Assembly (NCBI GenBank): GCA_964388035.1
Contig: CAYLZE010000026.1
Location: 3,684-31,227, forward strand
Reading direction: 5' to 3'
Source: an uncultured archaeon
GTDB lineage: Archaea > Asgardarchaeota > Lokiarchaeia > Sigyniarchaeales > SOKP01
DNA length: 27,544 nucleotides
Below, in pieces: positions 1 to 7,769 of the stretch (the stretch's first letter is position 1; the number at the start of each line of letters is the position of its first letter). The notes under the pieces were generated by a model. That model worked only from the letters and a program-made list of their open reading frames with translations. It made no database searches and was not told where the DNA came from. Both the position numbers and the translations under genes were made by a program.

Positions 1-386
1 TTACCTCCCGATACATTTTTTAATTCCTTCAAAGATTCTATGTTATCCTCAAAAAAATGAGTTTGAGAATCAACAACAAAAATAACAGCATCAGTACCTT
101 TAAAAATCTTTTTCCTTAAGGGAGAAAATCGATTTTGACCTGCGACGGTATACACGTGATAAAAGACCTTATTTTGCTTTTTAGATTGAAATATACCGCG
201 ATCGAAATAGAGTGTAGATCCGCTTGCCATCTCAATTTTTGTTAAATTGCCCGTTGGTGTTATGTCTTTATTTTGTTCTTTTGTTAATCTATACAAAGTA
301 TCCACAATAGTTGTTTTTCCAGAACCACCCATACCCCAATAAAGAATTTTGATATAGACCTTATGATCTTTTGTCCAACGAACCAT
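1..386 (-). CDS. MglA-like small GTPase (runs off the window edge; not in ORF track)
   Basis: Manual translation from ATG at 386: MVRWTKDHKVYIKILYWGMGGSGKTTIVD...SGSTLYFDRG...YHVYTVAGQNRFSPLRKKIFKGTDAVIFVVDSQ. G1 GxxxxGKTT, G2 TLYFD and G3 TVAGQ match MglA (TLFFD / TVPGQ). Confidence 0.88.
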   Translation of the reverse strand, partial: MVRWTKDHKVYIKILYWGMGGSGKTTIVDTLYRLTKEQNKDITPTGNLTKIEMASGSTLYFDRGIFQSKKQNKVFYHVYTVAGQNRFSPLRKKIFKGTDAVIFVVDSQTHFFEDNIESLKELKNVSGG

Positions 387-591
387 TGAGATAATTCCAC
401 TTTAAATCAATTGATTAGAAAATCACTAAATCTTTTATAAAATGATGAAGATTTTACTCCTATAATAAGAATATCATCTTAATTCTATAAAATTATGGTA
501 TAGTTTTTATAAAAGCTTTTTGATATTTTAATTTTTGTGTTTAGCATAGATGATTATGAAAACTCTTCATTTCCTTAAATACGTTGAAAAT

Positions 592-828
592 TTATTCTTT
601 TAGGTAATTTTCGCCATATCTAATTTTATAAGTACACCAAAGAAGGATTTTATTATACTCTTCTCCTTTATATCCTTTTCTAATTATATTATTAATTATA
701 TCGGAATACATTATTTTTCTTTTTCCAGCAATTTTTTCCTTTATATTCAGAATTACCTCATTTAGCAAAGGAAAAGTACTTGCATTGTAATTTTTAATCT
801 CCTCGATATCTTTTTTTAATTGTTCCAT
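592..828 (-). CDS. hypothetical protein (78 aa)
   Basis: ATG-started ORF, typical soluble composition, no overlap, same strand as the GTPase; no motif recognised. Confidence 0.55.
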   Translation of the reverse strand: MEQLKKDIEEIKNYNASTFPLLNEVILNIKEKIAGKRKIMYSDIINNIIRKGYKGEEYNKILLWCTYKIRYGENYLKE

Positions 829-1043
829 AAGTTTTAATCAAGATTACATTTTATTATTATACTCATTCTAATTAAAAGATAATAAATTACGTGCTTTTTA
901 TTTCCAATGACCTCTCTCTATCTCTATCAAGGGAGGATCCTTACATTAGAATGTTAAAAAAGTACATTGGGATGAAACTTGGTTATCCCAAATCAAAATA
1001 AGTTAATGCTTTTTATTTTCATATAAAATAAATGTGATATAAA

Positions 1044-2063
1044 ATGTTAATGGAAAAAAATAATTTAGAAGATGAAACACTGGATATCTGCCCGGAATGT
1101 GGAGGAACTTTAAAAATAAATAGTTTCGAAAAAACATGTCTTAAATGTGGACTTGTTATATGTGAAGTCTTCAAGGATTCAACATATATGATAAATGATA
1201 GAAACAGAATAGGATCTCTGAATAAACAATACGTAGCCTTAGGGGAGCGGACCGACTTTATAGGGGGTTTAGGATCATGCATAGACTATGAGAATTCAAA
1301 ATTTTTAAAGGATAGAAATGGGAGACTTTTACCTCCAAATGAGCAAAAACTTTATAGGCGATTAAAAAAGAATTATGCCCAATTTCTGAGGATTAAAGAT
1401 CATGAAACGGAATATAGAATATTCAATATTCTAAACAAAATCGCGGTCTATCTAAATTTCAATAAAAATATAAGAAATAATGCGGCTTATTATTATCGAA
1501 AAATTATTAAAAATGAAAAAAAAGTAATTAATAATATTTCTTTAATTGCATTTTGCATTTTTTATGCTGCGAGAAAAGAAAATCACAATGCTCCGATAAC
1601 GATCAATGAAATTTCTAATGCGTTTCAGAACTTTGGTCATCGTGTTAACCCACGGCTTATTTTGAGAGATGGTATAAGGTATAAAAAATATCTAATTGCG
1701 TATACGGAACCACATAAAAGTGAGGATTATCTAATTAGGCTCATACATGAAGTAATAAATCATAAAGATTTAGAAGAAAGAATGGAAAAAAAGGGATTAA
1801 ACTGGTCAAAAGGATTATATAAGAGAAATTTAATGAATAAATGTCAAGAAGTACTGAAAGGATTAGATTCATGGACACGAGGGGGGCGTAATCCATTCAT
1901 TTTAACAGGGGCAATAATATATTTAGCAGAAAAATTATTGGCTAAAGAAAATAATTATAAATCCATTTTAACTCAAAAGATGATTTCTGAAGCTACCCAA
2001 ATTGCAGAATATTCTATTAGAGATCATTATGTAAATTTATTAAAACCAATCTTTCTTAAATAA
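1044..2063 (+). CDS. tfb: divergent transcription factor IIB (TFB) paralogue
   Basis: N-terminal Zn ribbon CPECGG...CLKCGLV, cyclin-like core (IAFCIFYAARKE..PITINEI), GRNP motif and C-terminal TQKMISE HTH region. Confidence 0.85.
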   Translation: MLMEKNNLEDETLDICPECGGTLKINSFEKTCLKCGLVICEVFKDSTYMINDRNRIGSLNKQYVALGERTDFIGGLGSCIDYENSKFLKDRNGRLLPPNEQKLYRRLKKNYAQFLRIKDHETEYRIFNILNKIAVYLNFNKNIRNNAAYYYRKIIKNEKKVINNISLIAFCIFYAARKENHNAPITINEISNAFQNFGHRVNPRLILRDGIRYKKYLIAYTEPHKSEDYLIRLIHEVINHKDLEERMEKKGLNWSKGLYKRNLMNKCQEVLKGLDSWTRGGRNPFILTGAIIYLAEKLLAKENNYKSILTQKMISEATQIAEYSIRDHYVNLLKPIFLK

Positions 2064-2254
2064 TTCGATATTGAGAGGAAAAGAGTATTAGAGATTATTC
2101 ACTTTTTTATCCTTAATAATAATATTATTCGTTTATAGGCAAAACGCGGATCATATTCCTAATGGTTATAAATTGATTAATGATTGAAATTAAAAAATTA
2201 TTTATCTCAAAATTGATTATTTTTGATTAAATGGTTAAAATTTGGAAAATTTTT

Positions 2255-2360
2255 GCTTCTGTAATGTAGACCGGTCAAACTCAAATATTTTTAATTTTTA
2301 AAGGACCAAGCATGCGAGGCTCTCACCCTCGCAACCCGGGTTCAAATCCCGGCAGAAGCA
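2255..2360 (+). tRNA. tRNA-Glu (anticodon CTC) with 31-nt D-loop intron at 2279-2309
   Basis: Acceptor GCTTCTG/CAGAAGC+A, D stem ATGT/GCAT, anticodon arm CGAGG-CTCTCAC-CCTCG (CTC at 2322-2324), T arm CCGGG-TTCAAAT-CCCGG. Removing 2279-2309 gives a 75-nt cloverleaf. CCA is not encoded. Confidence 0.93.
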
Positions 2361-2404
2361 CTAATAAAAAAGAATGATGTCAATTCACTATTTTTAATAT
2401 ATTT

Positions 2405-2779
2405 TTATTGATTTAAATTAGAATAATTTGGTTTCGTAAATTGAGCTATCTTATCTAATAAATCAAGAGATCTCTGTAATACTTCAAAATATTTTTCAAT
2501 GTTATTAAGCTGCTCTTCCTCTTCTAATTTTTTAGAAATAAAATTGATTTTAGAAATAATAACTTTATTTAAATTATTTAATTCAGAATTATTCTGATTA
2601 AATTCACTTGCTTTTAATTTTTGGGCCGATTCATATTTTGATTTATCATTTATTTGTTTTACGGGACGATTACAAACAGGACAAAATACATTACCCTCTT
2701 TATCTCTAAAAATAGGATTATTACAAATAGGACAAGCAAGATTCAACATAGTATTGCCTGCTCTTAATAACTCCGCCAT
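2405..2779 (-). CDS. UPF0148 / Sjogren's syndrome-scleroderma autoantigen 1 (Auto_anti-p27) family Zn-finger protein
   Basis: MAELLRAGNTMLNLACPICNNPIFR...VFCPVC followed by a coiled-coil C-terminus; the true start may be ATT at 2800/2803. Confidence 0.85.
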   Translation of the reverse strand: MAELLRAGNTMLNLACPICNNPIFRDKEGNVFCPVCNRPVKQINDKSKYESAQKLKASEFNQNNSELNNLNKVIISKINFISKKLEEEEQLNNIEKYFEVLQRSLDLLDKIAQFTKPNYSNLNQ

Positions 2780-2844
2780 TTTCTCAATATGTTGATTAAT
2801 AATGAATCCCCAAGTTTGATACTTTCTTTTGAAAAAACCTAAAA

Positions 2845-3048
2845 TTAATCTAAAAGTTCTTTTCTTTTTATTTTTAACAAATCTACTATATATCCGGAAA
2901 TCCGATTCCTCAAATGTTTAGAATCTGTTTCAAGATATTTATCTAAAATTCTTTTATTTTTTTCAAAATCCGTTGTAAACACATCAGGATATTTATTAAC
3001 TAACTCTTTTGAGATATTTTTTATCAATAATGTTCTAACTTTACCCAT
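2845..3048 (-). CDS. rps17e: 30S ribosomal protein S17e (eS17)
   Basis: MGKVRT..IK...ELV.KYP..FTTDFEKNK...SKHLRNRISGY signature. Confidence 0.97.
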   Translation of the reverse strand: MGKVRTLLIKNISKELVNKYPDVFTTDFEKNKRILDKYLETDSKHLRNRISGYIVDLLKIKRKELLD

Positions 3049-3157
3049 TTTAACTTGTTTACCTTATATAGATATATCTTAAAGTAAAATAATTATTTAT
3101 AAAATATATTTTTTTTGGATTTATACATGTTTTTATAATTTCATTGAGAAAAAAGAT

Positions 3158-3331
3158 GTGAAAAAGAAATCGATTTTATTTTTTTTATCCCTCTCAATTA
3201 TGGGTTTTTTGAATTCTCCTCTATTCGTACATGCAATGGACTTTAAAATAGATTAACTGGAGTTAAATCATGAGAAATATTTTGTTGATGAAACAATATA
3301 TATAAATTTTTCAGGGAACTTAGATTATTAG
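3158..3331 (+). pseudogene. remnant of a secreted protein gene (signal peptide, in-frame stops)
   Basis: From GTG 3158: MKKKSILFFLSLSIMGFLNSPLFVHA-MDFKID*LELNHEKYFVDETIYINFSGNLDY*. Sec-type signal with VHA cleavage site; TAA at 3254-3256 and TAG at 3329-3331 in frame. Confidence 0.5.
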
Positions 3332-4083
3332 CCCCAATCCCATCTTGATAGATGCCTTTTCACGAGTTTGTATTGTTAAAACACCCGATGCAAGATCCTG
3401 GCAATTAGATTATAGGCTAAGCCCTCCCTTGATAGATAATTAAGTTTAGTATATGGAATGAAACAAAAAGAATCAAAGAAGTAAAATATATGACTAATAA
3501 AGGGGGGTTGATTTCATTAAATATTTTATTAAATGGATCTTTGAATTACCATAAATTCCTTGTTTTAAGAGTTAATGTAAAAGGAAATTCTACTTTGCTT
3601 AATACAACAAAAAAAATATACCTCCTAAGAAAAGAATCTATCAATTTAGATCAAACGGAGCCCTATGAATTGAAAGAAGGCATTTATAAGGAATTTTTTA
3701 GGTTTTTTCTCAGGGATTGGGTACTTTGGCTTAACGTATTCATTAATCTGGTCAAAAAACAAAATTTCCGGTGAAATCTCCCTCAAGCGAATTAAATTTA
3801 GATTTTAAGTATTAAACTTTCTTAAGATATTAATAAGCAGATCATCAAAATCTGTAAGAATTCTTTTAAAAATGATGACAAAATTACATTTTTAGAAATA
3901 TAATAAGAAAGGAATAAGGAAATTTGTTTCTTTTTTTAGAAAAACAAGAGGGATTACAAAATTTCATTTATATTAATTTTGATGTTTGAATTAGATTTTT
4001 GAAAAATTATTACTCCCTCTTATCTTAATAATCGAGATTTCATTATTTCCATAAATTCAATTAAATAATATTAATAATAGAAT

Positions 4084-5307
4084 ATGGAATACTTTGAAGA
4101 TTTTTTAAATAAGCCAACAATTTTTAAGAATGAGGGTAAATTAGATCAGAATTTTGTTCCCGATAAGCTACCACATAGAGAGAAAGAATTGTCACTTTTA
4201 TCGCAATTATTTATCGCCCTAATTATTAATCCAAATTCAATTTCAAGGAAAATATTAATTACAGGAAATACGGGAATAGGGAAAACAGTTACTGTAAAAT
4301 TATTTGGATCTTCTTTAATAAAAATAGCTAAAAAAAGACAAGTCAAAATTCAATATGTTCATGTCAATTGTAGAAAAGAAAGAACGAGTTATAAAGTATT
4401 AATATCTATAATAAAGTCTTTAGAAAAGGCCTTTCCGAAAAGGGGTTATTCTCCACAAGATTTATTAGAAATAATATTAGAATTATTAAATAAAAGAGAT
4501 CTTCATCTTCTTATTGTATTAGATGAGTTAAGATACTTAATTAACAAAGGAGAGGATTTAATTTATTCATTAACGAGAACAAATGATGATTCAATTAATT
4601 CTCCTCATAGAATTTCAATTATAGGCATCGTTAGAGATATTAGCTGTCTAAATAATCTAGATACCAGTACCCTTAGCACGCTCCAAAGAAACATTATTAA
4701 ATTCAAAAATTATTCGGTAGAGCAGATATATGATATCCTCAATTATAGAGCTCGCATGTGTTTTACTGATGATACTATATCTGAAAAAGTAATAAAAATG
4801 ATCTCGGATATTGTTTATAGTAATGGAGATATCAGATTTGGATTAAATTTATTATGGAAAGCGGGAAAAATCGCTGAAAATAGAAATCTAAAAATTATAA
4901 ATGCGGAATGCGTAAGATTGGCTAATCAAGATTTAATCCCGTTCTCAACCCAAGATATCATTAAATTTATGAACGCTCATGAATTATTGTTTCTCCTTGC
5001 TATAATAAGGAGTTTAAAAAAAGAGGATCAAGACGAAATTTCATATCATATTGCATATGAATTATATGAACTTTTATGCGAAAGTTTTGGTCTTAAGCCT
5101 AGATCCAAATCTCAGATTTGGAACTATATTCAAAATTTTAAGAAAGAGAATTTAATCAATCTAAAAATACAGAGTAAAAATATCAAAGGGAGAAAATCTC
5201 TCTTTTCTATTCCCAATATTCCTTTATCTAAATTCGAAGAGATATTAATGAATAATTTAAGTTTAAAAGATGAGATCCATGATAATAGAGAAAAATATGT
5301 GTTTTAA
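4084..5307 (+). CDS. cdc6: Orc1/Cdc6 replication initiator
   Basis: L...FVPDKLPHREKEL, Walker A GNTGIGKT, HVNC, P.RG.S, Walker B LLIVLDE, sensor-2 GDIR, C-terminal winged helix ending KGR. Confidence 0.96.
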   Translation: MEYFEDFLNKPTIFKNEGKLDQNFVPDKLPHREKELSLLSQLFIALIINPNSISRKILITGNTGIGKTVTVKLFGSSLIKIAKKRQVKIQYVHVNCRKERTSYKVLISIIKSLEKAFPKRGYSPQDLLEIILELLNKRDLHLLIVLDELRYLINKGEDLIYSLTRTNDDSINSPHRISIIGIVRDISCLNNLDTSTLSTLQRNIIKFKNYSVEQIYDILNYRARMCFTDDTISEKVIKMISDIVYSNGDIRFGLNLLWKAGKIAENRNLKIINAECVRLANQDLIPFSTQDIIKFMNAHELLFLLAIIRSLKKEDQDEISYHIAYELYELLCESFGLKPRSKSQIWNYIQNFKKENLINLKIQSKNIKGRKSLFSIPNIPLSKFEEILMNNLSLKDEIHDNREKYVF

Positions 5308-5566
5308 AATAGAAGAGTTACTTGGTTCAAAAGTGAGAGTAAAGATTTTAAAAGTATTGGCAAATCACGGTGAATTGACCATAACGTCAATAATTAAAAT
5401 GACAAATCTTAACCATAAAAGTGTATTCAAGAATTTAAAAATTTTAAAATCTTTTAATATTATTCAAGAAAAGAAATTCGGACGAATTAAGATTTATCGA
5501 TTCAATATTGAAAATATCAAAGCTAAAAGTTTCAAATCATTTCTCGACATATGGGAAGGTTTTTGA
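5297..5566 (+). CDS. winged-helix (ArsR-like) transcriptional regulator
   Basis: IEELLGSKVRVKILKVL...ELTITSI...LNHKSV..NL..L...IIQEKKFGRIKIYR. ATG 5297 (11-nt overlap with cdc6) preferred over 5270. Confidence 0.85.
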   Translation: MCFKIEELLGSKVRVKILKVLANHGELTITSIIKMTNLNHKSVFKNLKILKSFNIIQEKKFGRIKIYRFNIENIKAKSFKSFLDIWEGF

Positions 5567-5574
5567 TTTTTACA

Positions 5575-6228
5575 ATGTCTCTTTTAACGATTTTCCAGGA
5601 GTTTTTAATATTTTTCATATTCATTATTTTTATTTATAATGATTTAAAATTTAGGAAAATACCGAACCGAATTTTAAAATATGGCATTATAATTGGAATT
5701 TTAATTAATTATATTGAATTTATAAATAATAGCAAACTTCTTGTTTTACTTTTGATTAAAATATATTTCATAATTGTAATTTTTGGATTCTCATTACTAT
5801 TATATTTATGCAACATCGTTGGCGGGGGTGATGGAAAAGGAATCATTCTAATTTTCTCAATAAAATCCGTTTCAACATTAAATAATTCCATAATCATATT
5901 ATTTTTCTTGTATTTTACTTTTTTCTATATTTCTTACAATTTCATTAATTTTTTGATTAATCACAGTTCAAACTCTAAAGAGATATTCAATCAATTTTAT
6001 CTATTATATTCGATAACAACTAAAAGGAAAAAAATTTTATATAAATCTGCGTATATTTTTTATCCCCTCTCAGATCTAAACTATCTCAAAAAGTGTAATT
6101 ATATTATTAAAACGACGTCCATTATTTATGATTATAACCGGTATAAATTAATGATTTTAATACAATTTAGATTCCCAATATTTTTGTTTTTTTTATTTTC
6201 TTACTATTTATTATATATTATTGCATGA
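5575..6228 (+). CDS. prepilin peptidase, A24 family (PibD/FlaK/TadV-like)
   Basis: Polytopic membrane protein with catalytic motifs DLKFRKIPN and VGGGDGK (GxGD), C-terminal PIFLF. Start at ATG 5575 or 5551. Confidence 0.88.
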   Translation: MSLLTIFQEFLIFFIFIIFIYNDLKFRKIPNRILKYGIIIGILINYIEFINNSKLLVLLLIKIYFIIVIFGFSLLLYLCNIVGGGDGKGIILIFSIKSVSTLNNSIIILFFLYFTFFYISYNFINFLINHSSNSKEIFNQFYLLYSITTKRKKILYKSAYIFYPLSDLNYLKKCNYIIKTTSIIYDYNRYKLMILIQFRFPIFLFFLFSYYLLYIIA

Positions 6229-6574
6229 ATATGAAAAAGTTCAGGAAAAGATCAAGTTCTATTAATTCTGAATATCAAATTTTAGTCTTTACTTCTTAAA
6301 TATTAGATATAATGGAGTGCTTTTAAATAATTAGGCATTTAAATGATGAAAAGGAGCAAGTATTAATTAAAGAAAATTATATATGAAAAGTAGAAGTGAC
6401 AAAAGTGCATAGTAACTTAAAAATTCAATCAAGATAAAACAAGAAGAATAATCAATTACTAAAGGTGATATCCTATTAGATTTGTACTTAAAATATATTA
6501 ATTTAAAATTTATATATCTAGTAAAGTTAAATAAATTAATTTTACACTTAAACATCGATCAATTGAAAAACTAT

Positions 6575-6961
6575 ATGGAAATAGAAAAAAAGAGAGAAAC
6601 TTCTTGGAAAATTGCACTTAATAATAAAGAAAAAAATATTGAGCTTACTTCTGTTGAAATAGGGGGAGAAGTCCGAATAATTAAATTTTCATTAATTAAA
6701 GGTGAACAAATGATAACAGTTGAGATGTCTAAAGAAGAATTCTTTAATTTCCTTTCACTCTTAAATGCATTTAAAGATGTTGTTATCGGAGAAGATTTAA
6801 CAAAACGGGAGCAACATTCCGAATATTATGAAAAACCCATTAATAGTAAAAATGCAATTCAATCAGATGAAGAGCATAGAGAAATTGAGGCGGATTCATC
6901 AAACATCAGAGAAAAGGATGAAAAATTGGACTTAGATCCTGAAGAATGGGATCCATGGTAA
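6575..6961 (+). CDS. hypothetical protein; beta-rich N-domain plus acidic tail ending LDPEEWDPW
   Basis: Protein-like sequence from ATG 6575 (MEIEKKRETSW). The upstream extension from 6482 looks like translated AT-rich intergenic DNA. Confidence 0.7.
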   Translation: MEIEKKRETSWKIALNNKEKNIELTSVEIGGEVRIIKFSLIKGEQMITVEMSKEEFFNFLSLLNAFKDVVIGEDLTKREQHSEYYEKPINSKNAIQSDEEHREIEADSSNIREKDEKLDLDPEEWDPW

Positions 6962-6966
6962 TTTTA

Positions 6967-7452
6967 TCATATCTTACTAATTCTAAACTCGCAGTAATCT
7001 AATTCAGGATTGCTTATACTACATGTTGATTCTTCAGTATTGACACGATAAAGTGCGAATTCTCCAAAACCAGATAATAAACCAGAAATAAAATAACAAT
7101 AAAATCTTGATTTATTTTCCAATTGGGTTGATATATTATAATTTAACTTGATCGTTATTACTTCTTCTGAAATTTCTTTTATTTCAAATCTTCCCCATCC
7201 AAAACTGTTTAACACCGAAATAAATTGATCTGCTAAATCATCTAAGGTCTTAGGCTTAATATTTTCTTCTAAGTCTTGGATTAACTGCCATCCTGCCTTT
7301 TTTCCTAACCATACTAATAAAGATTTTACCCCTTCTCCATATATTGAAGATAAGATATCAATTATTTGAGGTGGAAAAAATAGGAATCTGTTATTATACA
7401 GCTCATATATTCCGTTATTAAACTTTAAGCCTTTTATTTTTAAATTTTTCAT
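6967..7452 (-). CDS. V4R domain protein
   Basis: NNRFLFFP...LVWLGKKAG...FGWGRFEI...CYFISGLLSG...VNTEESTC.....CEFRI matches the V4R pattern with three Cys. Confidence 0.88.
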   Translation of the reverse strand: MKNLKIKGLKFNNGIYELYNNRFLFFPPQIIDILSSIYGEGVKSLLVWLGKKAGWQLIQDLEENIKPKTLDDLADQFISVLNSFGWGRFEIKEISEEVITIKLNYNISTQLENKSRFYCYFISGLLSGFGEFALYRVNTEESTCSISNPELDYCEFRISKI

Positions 7453-7769
7453 TTATAACATCATTAATATTACTAATTTTATATATTTTAAAATAACGTC
7501 ATCTTATAAAAAATCATCATTCTTACGATATTTTTCATAATAGAATTTTTTATAAATAATTTGATAATAACTCTTAATATATTTAAATATACTATAATTG
7601 GGTTAGAAGAATTAAGTTTTCTCTAATATACAATTAAAAAAACTTCTTAATCTTTGTGTTAATTTTATAATACAAAAAATTAGAGATCTTATTTTAGGTT
7701 TTTGATTAATTACATTATCAAAATGAGCTTTCCATTTAGATTTTTATATTTCCCATTATATTAAAATTT

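Noticed and set aside
904-940. SECIS-like ATGA...GA hairpin
   Set aside because: Stem is too short, it lies between divergent 5' ends, and no TGA-containing selenoprotein frame is nearby.
2310-2404. Integrated element at the tRNA 3' end
   Set aside because: No integrase or duplicated tRNA 3' end seen; flanked by housekeeping genes.
3254-3331. Stop-codon reassignment explaining the in-frame TAA/TAG
   Set aside because: TAA, TAG and TGA all terminate ORFs normally elsewhere in the window.
3490-3774. 94-aa ORF as an intact gene
   Set aside because: No motif; more likely a fragment of the decayed gene or spurious.
3764-4083. Replication origin upstream of cdc6 (ATTTCCGGTGAAAT loosely ORB-like, AT-rich tract)
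   Set aside because: Only one degenerate match, with no repeated or inverted ORB pair and no G-string; AT richness is window-wide.
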